From Promethearchaeota archaeon (GTDB lineage: Archaea; Asgardarchaeota; Lokiarchaeia; Sigyniarchaeales; SOKP01): a DNA stretch of 64,000 nt. Positions within the stretch are counted from its first letter, which is position 1. Each line of letters begins with the position of its first letter. The stretch is from NCBI GenBank assembly GCA_048941265.1, contig JBHLNT010000007.1, positions 1 through 64,000 on the forward strand, given 5' to 3'. Of the stretch, positions 1-11,239 are shown piece by piece. Under the pieces are notes generated by a model that was not told the DNA's origin, made no database searches, and saw nothing but the letters and a program-made list of their open reading frames with translations. The translations under genes were made by a program, and so were the position numbers.

Positions 1-2
1 AT

Positions 3-869
3 AAAAAGCTTGATAATTTAAAGGAATTAGAAAAAATCGCAAAAGGTTCAGATTACATAAAGGAATTAAGTGATATTGCCTTTTTACAGTTAGAAATTGA
101 GCAATATGAGGAATCTGAGAAAAATTTCCAAATATGTTTAAAACATTTTAAAAAACAGTTCGATAGGTTAGGTCAAGCATCTGTTTATGGTGTTTTAGGG
201 ATATTATATTTTAAAAAAGGGCAATATGACCAGTCAATTTCATATTATACTAAAGCATATGAAATTTATAAAGAACTAAATCAATTTCAAGAACAAATTA
301 CCTGTCTAATAGGTATTGGAAATAATTTAATCAACCTAAACCAATTAGATGAAGCATGTGATAAATTCTTAGAGTGTTCTGCTATTTGTTCGGATAATAA
401 TGATGTATATAATTTATTAGACTGCATAGGTAATTTGATTCATATCCATGAGATTCAAGAAAAATGGGAAGTCGTTTTTGAATTATATAAAAAGTCCTTG
501 GAAGCATTTGAGAAACTTAAGGATGCTAAAGGTACTATAATTTCCTATTTTAATATGGGGATTTTGAAGAAGAAAGCTTCTAAATTAGAAGAGGCATTAA
601 ATTATTTCAAAAATGGAACAAATAAAGCAATTGATTCAAATTATAGTGAATTAATTTTAAAGGGTCTAAGCTATATAGGTGAGACTCTATTTTACCAGGG
701 GAAACTTAAAGATGCTAAAAATGAGTATATAAAAGCCTTGAGTTTAGCTGAAAGGATTAAATCTAAAAATTCAATAATACAATTGCGAATTTTATTAAAC
801 TCTCTAGGATTATCTGAAAAGGATATAGAGAATGAATTAAAAATTTACCGAGAGAGCAGAAAGAATTAA
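3..869 (+). CDS. TPR-repeat protein (5'-truncated by window edge)
   Basis: Frame is open from position 3 to the TAA at 869, longer than the 435..869 ORF call. TPR-like helices throughout, e.g. ASVYGVLGILYFKKGQYDQSISYYTKAYEI. Confidence 0.85.
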   Translation, partial: KKLDNLKELEKIAKGSDYIKELSDIAFLQLEIEQYEESEKNFQICLKHFKKQFDRLGQASVYGVLGILYFKKGQYDQSISYYTKAYEIYKELNQFQEQITCLIGIGNNLINLNQLDEACDKFLECSAICSDNNDVYNLLDCIGNLIHIHEIQEKWEVVFELYKKSLEAFEKLKDAKGTIISYFNMGILKKKASKLEEALNYFKNGTNKAIDSNYSELILKGLSYIGETLFYQGKLKDAKNEYIKALSLAERIKSKNSIIQLRILLNSLGLSEKDIENELKIYRESRKN

Positions 870-996
870 TAACCCTCATATCTATGAAAAATAATGAAAA
901 TTTTAGAGTAATCCATGTAATTTTTTTAGCTTAAATAATTTTATATAACGAAATTTTCTTGTTTTATTATAAGTCCTTTTATAAGTTAGAGTAATT

Positions 997-2406
997 ATGA
1001 AAAATTGTCCATATTGTAAAAAGCCATTGCAGGAACACTGGTCTTACTGTCATCATTGCAACAAACCCCTTATAGTTGATTTGCAAAATCAAGAAGTTCT
1101 GGATGTAGTTTCGCCTTATTCAAATTCAGATTTAAAAGCTAACGTGAGGTTATACGATTTTAATCTTATCAATATGAATGAAATTGACTCGGATATCCAA
1201 AAAATTGATAATTTAATAGAAAATAAAATAAAAAAAGGAGAACAGATTGATATTTTGTTATTTGAAAAATCTGGCTTACTTTTTTCAAAAAAAGATTATT
1301 CCTTGGCTTTAAAAACATTAGAAAATGCTTTATATATTTTTAATCAAGATAATGATCTTTTAAATATGGCAATTGCTCATAATGAAATCGGATTGATTCA
1401 GGAGGAACTTGGGTATTTTGAAAATAGTATATATCATTTTGAAAAATCTATCGAAATTCTTAGTAAAATTAATGATTTTGATAAACTCATTAAAGTTTAT
1501 AATAATTTAGCGAATGTTTATTATTTAATAAAAGACATAGAACACTCCTATGAATATTACGATAAAGCTCTAAAATTAGCAGAAAGATTAAATATCATAA
1601 AGGAAGAAATTAAAACATCAAGCAATTTGGTTGATATTTTATTTTTATTAAAAGAGTATGATAAAATTGATAAAATTTTAAAAAGAAATTTAGAATATTT
1701 TAGTCAAATGGAAGATCCATACGGAACCATAATTACTCTTACTAAAATAGGAAAATTAAACTATTTTTTAGGACCTCAAAATTTCAATTCTTCATTTCAA
1801 TCATTATTAGAAGCTTTAGAGATGATTAATAAAATCAAGATTGGGAAAAGTTTTTCAACAGAAAATAAAGCAAAATTAGAATGGGAAGTTCTTCTTTATT
1901 TTGGTAAGTTAAATCTTTTACAAAATAAATATAAAGAAGCAGAAAACTACTTTTTTAAAAGCCTTGAATCTTTAAGAATATCCGAAGTTGAAACCAGTCA
2001 TGTTGATGAAAGTATTGTGTTAGAGAGTTTAGCAAATTTATTTGAAGCTAAAGCAGAATATAAAAATTCCATAGATTATTATAAATTGGCTGGAGAAATC
2101 TATTATAAATTCGGTGATGATTTAAGCTATGCAGAATCTAAGTATAAAATAGCTCAACTTTATATGAAATTTGATGATTCAGAATCTATTAGATATTTTG
2201 AGGAGGCATTAGATATTTTTAAGGAATTAAATTATTTAAAAAAAATAGCAGAAATAATGCATGAATTAGGGGATATTTATGCCAATAAAGGTCTAATAGA
2301 TCTCGCTATTTCATATTTTGAAAAAGCTAAGAGATATTACGTTGAATTAAATGATGAATATAATATTACATTATTAACTGAAAAGATTAAATCTTTAGTT
2401 GATTAG
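997..2406 (+). CDS. Zinc-ribbon + TPR-repeat protein (alpha-SNAP-like/TPR_12-type helices)
   Basis: N-terminal CPYC...CHHC, followed by many TPR units (YNNLANVYY, HELGDIY, AISYFEKA). Confidence 0.85.
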   Translation: MKNCPYCKKPLQEHWSYCHHCNKPLIVDLQNQEVLDVVSPYSNSDLKANVRLYDFNLINMNEIDSDIQKIDNLIENKIKKGEQIDILLFEKSGLLFSKKDYSLALKTLENALYIFNQDNDLLNMAIAHNEIGLIQEELGYFENSIYHFEKSIEILSKINDFDKLIKVYNNLANVYYLIKDIEHSYEYYDKALKLAERLNIIKEEIKTSSNLVDILFLLKEYDKIDKILKRNLEYFSQMEDPYGTIITLTKIGKLNYFLGPQNFNSSFQSLLEALEMINKIKIGKSFSTENKAKLEWEVLLYFGKLNLLQNKYKEAENYFFKSLESLRISEVETSHVDESIVLESLANLFEAKAEYKNSIDYYKLAGEIYYKFGDDLSYAESKYKIAQLYMKFDDSESIRYFEEALDIFKELNYLKKIAEIMHELGDIYANKGLIDLAISYFEKAKRYYVELNDEYNITLLTEKIKSLVD

Positions 2407-2455
2407 AATGCTACCATTGTGTAATGTATTGACATTTATTAACATCAATAGCCCT

Positions 2456-3100
2456 TCAGCAAGTAAAATCTTCACTATAATATACTCTAGTATCGTATTC
2501 TTCAAACCCTAAAGATTTTATAAAACTATAAGATACTTTATTATCAGTATATACTTCACATATAAGTTCTTTTACTCCTTTCTTTTTAAAATAATCCCAA
2601 CTTGCCATCCCTAACACAGTTCCAAGTCCTTTTCCCTGGAAACGAGGAATTACTCCAAGCCCCGCGATTACACCAATTTCATCATCAGGTCCCTCAAAAT
2701 CAAGTATAACAAACCCAGCATCAGTTCCAAATACATTAGCTATTAAAATTACAGTTTCGGGATAATCGAAGATTTGTTTTAAAGAATCTGCTGTCAATGG
2801 ACTATACGGGGTGCTTGAAGTCATCCAACTCCTATTATAGACATGAGAGACACTTTCTAAATCTTCAATTTTTGCTTCTCTAATTTTAGCGCGAAGTATA
2901 TTTTTTTCAACCCGTTTTCTTATTTGTTCTTCAAATTCAGGGGTAATTTTTTCCACAGGTAATTTCATTTGGATGTATTTCATCCCTGAAACTTCAATTT
3001 CGTCTTGGACTTCTACTTCTGTTTTAGCTTTTCTTTCAAGCGCTAAAAAAAGACTTCTTATCATTTTTCTCTTAAAACTTACTCTAGTTTCTTCTGACAT
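2456..3100 (-). CDS. GNAT family N-acetyltransferase
   Basis: Acetyl-CoA motif A GVIPRFQGKGLG and N-x-x-S-x-x-F...LGFEE. Confidence 0.85.
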   Translation of the reverse strand: MSEETRVSFKRKMIRSLFLALERKAKTEVEVQDEIEVSGMKYIQMKLPVEKITPEFEEQIRKRVEKNILRAKIREAKIEDLESVSHVYNRSWMTSSTPYSPLTADSLKQIFDYPETVILIANVFGTDAGFVILDFEGPDDEIGVIAGLGVIPRFQGKGLGTVLGMASWDYFKKKGVKELICEVYTDNKVSYSFIKSLGFEEYDTRVYYSEDFTC

Positions 3101-3159
3101 TTTAATACCAAAAATTTTATTTACTAATCAAGAATTATCATCTTAGAAAAAATAAAGGT

Positions 3160-3843
3160 TTATTCAATATCTTCTTCAATTAAAAAATCTTCTTTTCGAT
3201 ACCTTTTTTTTCCAAATTCTTCAAAACCAATCCATTTAATAAAGTTTGATGAACCAAAATTATCTTTATAGACCTCAGCTCTAATTTCTTTGACATTCGG
3301 ATGATTTTCTTTTATAAAATTCCAAGCAGCCATCCCTAATACGGTTCCAAGTCCTTTGCGCTGGAACCTAGGTATTACTCCCAAAGCAGCTATTATCGCA
3401 AATTCCTTATTTTCACCTTCAAAATCAATGATAACAAATCCAGAATCTCTTCCATATACTTTGCCAATTAAAAAAATGGTATCTGGATCATAAAAAATAG
3501 TTTTTAAAGAATCTATTTCAATTGGACGAAATGGTGTATTAGCAGTAAGCCAAGCTTTATTATAAAGCTCCATGACACTTTTAAGATCATGTTTATCGGC
3601 AACTCGAATATTTGCGCGAAAAATACTTTGTTCAATTTTTTTTTTTAATGAATCCTCAAACTCTTTTGTGATTTTCTCAACTGGTAAATGTACTTGAATA
3701 TAAATCATACCTTTTTCCAAAACTTCTTTTTGGATCTCGCTGATATCCTGATCTTTATGCTTATGCTTCGGTATAAATGTTGAAAAAAATTCTCTAATCC
3801 TTTTTTTTTTTAGGTCTAATTTAGACTCTGACATAATAAGCAA
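3160..3843 (-). CDS. GNAT family N-acetyltransferase (paralog of the adjacent gene)
   Basis: GVIPRFQRKGLG motif; shares GMxYIQxxLPVEKITxEFE with 2456..3100. True start may be the internal MSESK. Confidence 0.85.
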   Translation of the reverse strand: MLIMSESKLDLKKKRIREFFSTFIPKHKHKDQDISEIQKEVLEKGMIYIQVHLPVEKITKEFEDSLKKKIEQSIFRANIRVADKHDLKSVMELYNKAWLTANTPFRPIEIDSLKTIFYDPDTIFLIGKVYGRDSGFVIIDFEGENKEFAIIAALGVIPRFQRKGLGTVLGMAAWNFIKENHPNVKEIRAEVYKDNFGSSNFIKWIGFEEFGKKRYRKEDFLIEEDIE

Positions 3844-3851
3844 AAATAAAT

Positions 3852-5480
3852 TTAAGATATAAAATTAAGCTTTTCTTTAATTTTATCTTCAATTTGCTCG
3901 TTTATTAATCCTTTATTCTTTAAAATGGAGATTCCCATTTCTATTCTTTTCTTAAAATTTGGATCTTTAGTCAAATTATTTTTTTCGACTGAAAATTCGA
4001 AATTCGACCGAATTCTCATATCATCTTCTATTCTTTCATTTAGAAGGGCTCTTAATTCTTTAAAAGAATCTGATAAATCTTCATATAATGTAGTTATATC
4101 ATTTATATACCCGGGTAAAATGATCTTCATTTTTTCTTCCATTGAGTCTTCATCCTCTACAAACATAGCATACAATGGCATGTATATCCATTGAATCGGT
4201 TTAGAAAATAAATCAACTTCAGTATCTTTTATAGACCAATCTATTAAATCATTAGCATCTTGAAAACAGGTATTTATTTTAAGTTGTATAATTTGTTTAA
4301 TCTTGTTGTTTAGAGTTTCAATATCATTTTGTAAATTTTTAAGTTTGGTAAGATTTTCTTCTTTTTCCTCTTTGAATAAACCTAATTGTGTATCTCGGTC
4401 CTGGAGTTTTTTATTCAAATTTTCTTTGAATTCTGCTAGTTTTTTTTCAGCTTCAAGATCAATTCGCGTTGCTTGTTCTTTGATTTCATTAAATTTATTT
4501 TGTAGATTTTCCACATTATTTATAAACGTTTTGCTCTCTTCTTTTAAAAAATTGAAATGGTTTTCGAATGGTTGAATAAGATCCTCAAAAACTTTAGATT
4601 TTAGCGAATCTTCTTGGCTAAAAAACCGATTTTTTTTAATAGTTTCTTGTAAATTTCTTTCAGCGGTCTTAAATAGAACGGTACTATTTTCTATTAAATT
4701 CTTTTTTTCATTTACTTTCCACTGATCAATTTTATCGTGTTCTAACTCGAATAACTCTTTCACTTGGGTATTATCAATCGTCGAACTCGTTTTATTCATT
4801 TGAGAAGAATATAGTAACTCCACATCTTTAATCTTAACCGTCAGCTCAGTCATCCATTTATTTATTTCTTTATCTATTAATGAGATCTGAGTTTCCCATC
4901 TAAATGCATTTCCTTTCATAGTATCAATTGTATTACGATATTTTTCAGAGAGATCGAGAGCTTCTTCCGTGCTTATACTTGTGTCTAATGGAGAATAATT
5001 TGTAATTGGTAAATAGTCTAAATACGGTATTATCTTTAAAATAGATTCCAAGTATTCAGGTTTAATCAATCCATCAATCGCGAGTGTCTGATATTCAGAT
5101 TCCTCTCCAGCTCCGATTTCTTCTGCTTCAACATCCTTATATGTCAAAATATCGATTATCTTGTTTAAAACTTCTATTTCTGATTTCCCTTCTATATTTC
5201 TTAAGATATGACCTATTAACGGTTGCCTAGGAGGATTATTGAATTTACCTTTCTTAGAAAATATATTAAGACCGTCGAGTATTATATGAGTTGAGATAAT
5301 TCCTTGAATACTTAATAGAGGCCAAAGTAATTTTGAAAATGATAAGATCTTCTCATTTTTTAAATCCTTGGTCAATAAATAGAATACCAACGCTAATTCG
5401 TCATTCTCATAAATATAAGGTAAATTTGGATCTTTACGTAGAAGTAATGGTAATAGATATTGGTTTCCATGGATAGACAT
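3852..5480 (-). CDS. Hypothetical protein with long central coiled coil flanked by globular ends
   Basis: 542-aa ORF with a heptad-rich E/K/L/Q central region; 8 nt from the downstream GNAT gene. Confidence 0.75.
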   Translation of the reverse strand: MSIHGNQYLLPLLLRKDPNLPYIYENDELALVFYLLTKDLKNEKILSFSKLLWPLLSIQGIISTHIILDGLNIFSKKGKFNNPPRQPLIGHILRNIEGKSEIEVLNKIIDILTYKDVEAEEIGAGEESEYQTLAIDGLIKPEYLESILKIIPYLDYLPITNYSPLDTSISTEEALDLSEKYRNTIDTMKGNAFRWETQISLIDKEINKWMTELTVKIKDVELLYSSQMNKTSSTIDNTQVKELFELEHDKIDQWKVNEKKNLIENSTVLFKTAERNLQETIKKNRFFSQEDSLKSKVFEDLIQPFENHFNFLKEESKTFINNVENLQNKFNEIKEQATRIDLEAEKKLAEFKENLNKKLQDRDTQLGLFKEEKEENLTKLKNLQNDIETLNNKIKQIIQLKINTCFQDANDLIDWSIKDTEVDLFSKPIQWIYMPLYAMFVEDEDSMEEKMKIILPGYINDITTLYEDLSDSFKELRALLNERIEDDMRIRSNFEFSVEKNNLTKDPNFKKRIEMGISILKNKGLINEQIEDKIKEKLNFIS

Positions 5481-5647
5481 AATTTCTTTCCCTCATAATA
5501 TATTATTAATTCTATATAGATTAATCAAATATATTTTTATTTTTTAATATAAGATTTTATTTTTAAAAATTTTTTATTAAAAGAATGAAATTTTGTTCAA
5601 AACTCTACATTTAATAATAAAATAAGAATTTATAAATTATTCTTCTT

Positions 5648-6490
5648 TTACCTCAGCTGTTCATAGTTATTAGCAATAACGATTATTAGCAGCGATAATA
5701 ATATAATTAGAGGTGGTACTGTTGATTCTAAATGGGGATAGCGAGCTATTTCAAATACACCCTGCAGAAGTCTTCCAATGTAATAGAGAAGAAATCCTAT
5801 AGCATTTAAGGCATAAGATTTCCTTAAAACACCATAAGTTTTTATGGCTAAGTAAATAAACAAAAACGGAATTGCTATAATGAAAATAGGTAAAAGTACT
5901 AAGTTAATTATAAAAATACCAATTGGAAAGCCCCAGATTGTCTCCAACTCTATATCTAAATTATACCGTTCTACAATTTCAGGATCCATAAATAGATTAT
6001 CCGGTAATACCAACGTAAGAATTCCAATGAACACTGGAACTGCGATGAGAATAATCCTTAAAATGATTTTCAAATTAGGAGTTAAAGTGATAATTCTTTC
6101 AGTAGTATCTTTATTAGATTTAGAATCTGGTTCTGCTTCAGGAGGGAATAGGAGAACACCTAATACCCCCATTAAACATGCCACAGCTAGCCATGAAAAG
6201 AACTGAGCTAAACGATAAAAAAGCATAAGTAAATCAGCGAGTTGGACGTTTCCCATTGAACCTTGAAGTTCAGGAATGAAGAAATAATATATGATAAAAA
6301 AGACTCTTCCTGCAGCTAAAAATAGAAATAAAAAGCTAAAAAATAGCCAATACAAACGTTTAGATGTCCTAAATCTCATAAGTAAGAAGAACGCAAAAAT
6401 CAAGAAATAATAGCCTACTATCACAAAATATAAACCCATCTCAATAGCATCAAAGAAACCGAAATATCTGAAATTGCTTTCAAAAATCAA
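5648..6490 (-). CDS. Polytopic membrane protein (~7 TM), unknown function
   Basis: About seven hydrophobic segments in 280 aa. Confidence 0.7.
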   Translation of the reverse strand: MIFESNFRYFGFFDAIEMGLYFVIVGYYFLIFAFFLLMRFRTSKRLYWLFFSFLFLFLAAGRVFFIIYYFFIPELQGSMGNVQLADLLMLFYRLAQFFSWLAVACLMGVLGVLLFPPEAEPDSKSNKDTTERIITLTPNLKIILRIILIAVPVFIGILTLVLPDNLFMDPEIVERYNLDIELETIWGFPIGIFIINLVLLPIFIIAIPFLFIYLAIKTYGVLRKSYALNAIGFLLYYIGRLLQGVFEIARYPHLESTVPPLIILLSLLIIVIANNYEQLR

Positions 6491-6656
6491 AATAAATCAC
6501 TCGTAATAAAATTACAATATTTTTAATGTTTCTAATTTAAAATTATTATGTTTTATTCTTTTTTAAATATTAATTTTTTCAAAAATGCTTAAAATCTGAA
6601 ACTAAAAAAATTATGGATTTTTGTAATTTATTAATAGAAGTGAGTTATTATAAAAA

Positions 6657-8159
6657 ATGAAAATTGACGATACTATAGAAACATTTAATTCTCTATTAAA
6701 AAGACGGGGATTTATATGGGGCCCCTCTCCAGAAATTTATGGTGGTCTTGCAGGATTTTATTCTTATGGACCCGCGGGTATGGCTCTTAAAAACAATATA
6801 TTATCGCTTTTTAGAAGAGAGCTTCGAGCTTTTGGATTTGGAGAAGTAGAATGCCCCACAATAATGCCCGAAATTGTATGGAGGGCCTCAGGGCATTTGG
6901 AAAGATTTATTGATCCTGTTCTAAAATGTGAAAAATGTAATACCCTTTATAGAGCAGATAAGTTTCTTCAAGAAGCGCTTCCAGATCAAATGATTGATGG
7001 TTTGTCTTTCGAACAAATGGAAAATTTAATAAAAAGGAATAAATTAAATTGTCCAAAATGTGAAATTCCATTTGAAAAAGTTGAAGAATTTAATTTAATG
7101 TTGAAAACCTCGGTCGGGAATAATGTAACCGCCTATTTAAGACCAGAAACAGCAACCACAACATATTTATTATTTAATCGATTAGATCAAGATGCACGAC
7201 GGCAATATCCTATTAAAATTTTCCAATATGGAAAGGCTTATAGAAATGAAATATCACCTAGACAACAAGTCCTTCGAATGAGAGCTTTTGATCAATTTGA
7301 ACTTCAACTTTTTATAGGTAAAGAGCAGGAAATGCATTTTGAAGAATATAATGAAATTAAACTTAACAAGCTACCGTTATTGGATTGGAAACTTCAAGAT
7401 AAAAACATAGATGCACCTAATATTATGTCTCTTGAAGAAGCAATTAATAATGAAATTCTTAAAAAACCAGCATTCGCATATTGTATTTATCTAGGATATT
7501 ATTTAACTAAAATATTAGGCTTTTCTGATAAGATAATTAGATTTAGACAGCATTCTCCTAATGAAAGAGCCCATTATGCAGATGATGCCTGGGATTTGGA
7601 AGTTAATACAAGGCAATTTGGGTGGGTAGAAATATGTGGAATTCATGATAGAACAGATTACGACTTAAAATGCCATGCTAAATTTTCTAATCAAAATTTT
7701 GAAGTTAACGTAGACTCAGATACTCAGAAAAAAGAAATACCACAAATACTCGAAATCGCATTTGGACCCGATAGAATTATATATACATTATTAGAATTTG
7801 CATTTGATGTAGAAGATGGAAGAATTAATTTAAAATTAAATCCGGAGTTGGCCCCAAACACAGTTGCGGTATTTCCACTTGTAAGAAATAAGGAGGATAT
7901 TAAAAATCTCGCACTTAAAATTCATAAAAATTTACTTATGCATCGAATTAGTTCATTTTATGATGATGCGGGCTCAATCGGTAGAAGATATCGCAGGCAG
8001 GACGAGTTAGGGACTCCTTTTTGCATTACAATTGATTATGAGTCGTTAGAGGATAATACAATTACTCTTCGAGATAGAGATACAATGCAACAAACAAGAA
8101 TAGACATTCTTAAAGTTCCAGAAGTTTTAATTTCCAAATTATCAAATCCATTATCTTAA
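6657..8159 (+). CDS. glyS: Glycine--tRNA ligase (archaeal/eukaryotic alpha2 type)
   Basis: EIYGG, YLRPETA, YRNEISPRQ, HYAxDxWDLE and GSIGRRYRRQDELGTPFCITID anticodon-binding domain. Confidence 0.97.
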   Translation: MKIDDTIETFNSLLKRRGFIWGPSPEIYGGLAGFYSYGPAGMALKNNILSLFRRELRAFGFGEVECPTIMPEIVWRASGHLERFIDPVLKCEKCNTLYRADKFLQEALPDQMIDGLSFEQMENLIKRNKLNCPKCEIPFEKVEEFNLMLKTSVGNNVTAYLRPETATTTYLLFNRLDQDARRQYPIKIFQYGKAYRNEISPRQQVLRMRAFDQFELQLFIGKEQEMHFEEYNEIKLNKLPLLDWKLQDKNIDAPNIMSLEEAINNEILKKPAFAYCIYLGYYLTKILGFSDKIIRFRQHSPNERAHYADDAWDLEVNTRQFGWVEICGIHDRTDYDLKCHAKFSNQNFEVNVDSDTQKKEIPQILEIAFGPDRIIYTLLEFAFDVEDGRINLKLNPELAPNTVAVFPLVRNKEDIKNLALKIHKNLLMHRISSFYDDAGSIGRRYRRQDELGTPFCITIDYESLEDNTITLRDRDTMQQTRIDILKVPEVLISKLSNPLS

Positions 8160-8384
8160 ACTTCATTTTTATATCCTTTCCATGAGCAAAGTAAGTTTGT
8201 GAAATTAAAATAAGAAGTAAGATTAAATTTTTTGCAAGCTACTATTGTTTTATTTATACAACTTTACTCAAATAGACACATTTTTTAAAAAAGAGTTAAA
8301 AGTTTTAATAAATTTTTAAAATCTTAAAAGTTTAAAAAATATAACTTCAGAGAAAAGTTAAGAAATAAGATTGAAAACGATTAA

Positions 8385-11222
8385 ATGAATCTTTTTGAAA
8401 ATTATTCTTTAGGAAATAGAAAGAGATATATTGAAAAGAGAACCCTTAAAAAAATAGGAGTGATTTCTCTATTATGCTTCATGATTATTTCAAATTTTAT
8501 ATGTATTCAAAATTATAAGAGTAACCATGATTTTTCTAATAACACAATTCTTAACAATACAGATACTCTAAAAGAAATTAATCCAATAATTCCAAAATGT
8601 TCAGACAATCCTTCAGAACTTCAAGATCCATTTACTAAAAATTTTAGTAATATATGGGATTACTTTAATCTTAATTTTAAATCTGGATTAACGAAATATG
8701 AAATAGATACATATATTAGAAGCAAAGATAGTGGAGGTTCTACTGTTGATAATGGAGTTTATTCATTGGATAATCTTCTATTATATAATTCATTATTGGA
8801 TTTTAATTATGATCAAAATGAGACTTTTACAGCATATAATAAGTTAAAAACCACTCCATTATGGTATAAAAACGATGCAAGTGAATTTGAATATGGGTTT
8901 ATAGGTACCATAGATGGCACAACTGGTGACATTACAGATCATAACAGATATTTGATTGATAATGTAATGCCCATTTTCCTATTACTCGAAGATGGTACGC
9001 AAGATTTAGATGATATCACTTATCATGGTGAAACTGCTAAAGATGCAATAGAAGACACATTCTTATTAATAAACTCAACTCAATTTTATAATATCTCAGA
9101 TAATGGATTCTTAAATTTCAATTCCACATCAAGCGGAAGTATTTATCAAATGAAAAGCAATTTTTATACCATTTTGGCATATTATACTATATATCGAAAC
9201 TGGGCATATATTAAAAGCAGTGCTTTTAGTATAAATGATGTATATAACACTGCCAATTCTGTCATGGAAACTTTTATAGAAAAAATGTGGGACAACCAAG
9301 AAAAAGGATTTTATAAAAGTGCTGGTAAAAATTGGAATATAGGAACATCCATCGAGGATACTTGGAAATTTCTGGATGTAAATGCTTTAGGTATATTAGC
9401 TTTACTAGATTATTGGATAGAAAATGAAGAGATGAATACGGATTCATTATATTTTAAAAACGCAACCTTATTATATAATAAACTAAATGCAAATATGTGG
9501 AGTTCGGGACGGGGAGCCTACATTTACGCTAGAAATATTGATTGGTCTTCTTTATTTCCTGCTAATAATCCATATAATAGATATGATTTGGAAGCAAATG
9601 CTCTTATGATGCAAGCTTGCTTAAAACTATTTGAAGTTACAGGGAATATTACTTATTATAATAGAGCTTTTGAAATATATAACACTTTTGAAACAAAAAT
9701 GTATGACAGCGCAAATAATGCTTATATAACATCATTTCATCCGTCAGCAAGCGATAATACTAATTTAAACTTTACATCTAATCTAAAGTTAATAGAAATT
9801 TATTTGAAGGCTTTTGAAATTTACAATAGCACAGTCATAGATGCTAATTTTAATATCACTGGAAAAGTCGATTATATTGTCAATCAAGAAGCTATTAATT
9901 TAACCTGTGATTATGCTTTTGAAAAAAAAATCAGCTATTCACGACCTACTCAAGGAACAAACATCACCAGATATAACAATATTACTGGTGGAGTTATCAC
10001 ATATATTTTAAGATATCCTAACGAGACAATTATTGATATAATTAGAGATGATATTTTAGATAATACGACGACATTTATTTATCCTGTAACAGATAAATTA
10101 CCCTTTGGGAATGGCTATACAATCAAAATAAAAGCTAATTCATCATACTTTGGAGTAGCATTCGCTAATAAAATATTCAACGTCAAATCTGGACTAGTGG
10201 TCAAAGAAATCGTAGGATTAGATGAAATTGATGAGGAGGATGAGTTTTTTCAGGGTCAAACTCGATATTTTAATATCTCAATTGAAAGTTTTTATAATTA
10301 CAATTTAACCCTAAATGTATCTATTGAAGCTTTTGGTGTTATTAATTATACAAGATATAATTTAATATTCGTTAATAATTCCGAAACATTATTAGAATTA
10401 AATGTTTCAGCACTAAATTCGGCTGTAAAGGGATTAAGACCTTTAATTATTTCATTTAAAGACGGAGCGATTCTATATTTAGAGGAAATAGGAAATATAT
10501 TCATTTCTGATGCTCTCACTTATTCAAATTTACTCTATGATAAAGAAGTTGCACAAGGTAATAGTATACAAGTTTCTTTACAATTAATAAATTATTTACC
10601 CCACAATAATCAATCCTTAAATATTACATTTACAAGTGAATATGTTATCGGTCAAAAAATTTTTTCTTATACTCTATATGAAAGTGAGGTAAGAACTATT
10701 CTTACAAGTGTATCTGTATCTGGTAATATTGATGTTGATTCATTTGAAATAACTATGAAAATTTTAAAAGGAAACACAGTAATTAAAAGTGAAATACTAA
10801 CGATAAACGTAATATCAAAATTGGAAATTGTTAGCATTAATTATCCAGAGAAGGTTACACAAGGAGTTCCTGCAAAATTAATTTTAATAATAAAAAATAA
10901 CCAAGAAAGTCCTCAAGAATTTACTTTAATAATTAATGATAATAAAATTAAAACTAATATAGAAGAATTAGTTTCGGGAGAGAATAGAATAGAAGTAGAA
11001 GTCTTACCAACAATTAATCCTTATGAAATTGGAAACAAAAAATTTTATATTGAATTAGAAGATGAAAATGATGATGTTATTGTTGAAGATTATTTCGAAT
11101 CCGAAATACAATTATCAGCAATAAATTTATTATTATTTTATATACTCCCTATTGCGATTCCTATAGGAGTTATTTTACATTATAAAAATAAGGAAATAAA
11201 AATTAAATTATTAAGAAGATAA
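8385..11222 (+). CDS. Large surface glycoprotein: N-terminal TM/signal, (alpha/alpha)6-barrel-like domain (GH76/AGE-like), Ig-like stalk, C-terminal TM
   Basis: Hydrophobic N-terminus; ANALMMQACLKLFEVTGNITYYNRA-type helical hairpins; beta-rich C-terminal half; many NxS/T sequons; terminal TM then basic tail. Confidence 0.7.
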   Translation: MNLFENYSLGNRKRYIEKRTLKKIGVISLLCFMIISNFICIQNYKSNHDFSNNTILNNTDTLKEINPIIPKCSDNPSELQDPFTKNFSNIWDYFNLNFKSGLTKYEIDTYIRSKDSGGSTVDNGVYSLDNLLLYNSLLDFNYDQNETFTAYNKLKTTPLWYKNDASEFEYGFIGTIDGTTGDITDHNRYLIDNVMPIFLLLEDGTQDLDDITYHGETAKDAIEDTFLLINSTQFYNISDNGFLNFNSTSSGSIYQMKSNFYTILAYYTIYRNWAYIKSSAFSINDVYNTANSVMETFIEKMWDNQEKGFYKSAGKNWNIGTSIEDTWKFLDVNALGILALLDYWIENEEMNTDSLYFKNATLLYNKLNANMWSSGRGAYIYARNIDWSSLFPANNPYNRYDLEANALMMQACLKLFEVTGNITYYNRAFEIYNTFETKMYDSANNAYITSFHPSASDNTNLNFTSNLKLIEIYLKAFEIYNSTVIDANFNITGKVDYIVNQEAINLTCDYAFEKKISYSRPTQGTNITRYNNITGGVITYILRYPNETIIDIIRDDILDNTTTFIYPVTDKLPFGNGYTIKIKANSSYFGVAFANKIFNVKSGLVVKEIVGLDEIDEEDEFFQGQTRYFNISIESFYNYNLTLNVSIEAFGVINYTRYNLIFVNNSETLLELNVSALNSAVKGLRPLIISFKDGAILYLEEIGNIFISDALTYSNLLYDKEVAQGNSIQVSLQLINYLPHNNQSLNITFTSEYVIGQKIFSYTLYESEVRTILTSVSVSGNIDVDSFEITMKILKGNTVIKSEILTINVISKLEIVSINYPEKVTQGVPAKLILIIKNNQESPQEFTLIINDNKIKTNIEELVSGENRIEVEVLPTINPYEIGNKKFYIELEDENDDVIVEDYFESEIQLSAINLLLFYILPIAIPIGVILHYKNKEIKIKLLRR

Positions 11223-11239
11223 AACCAATGTGAAGACTT

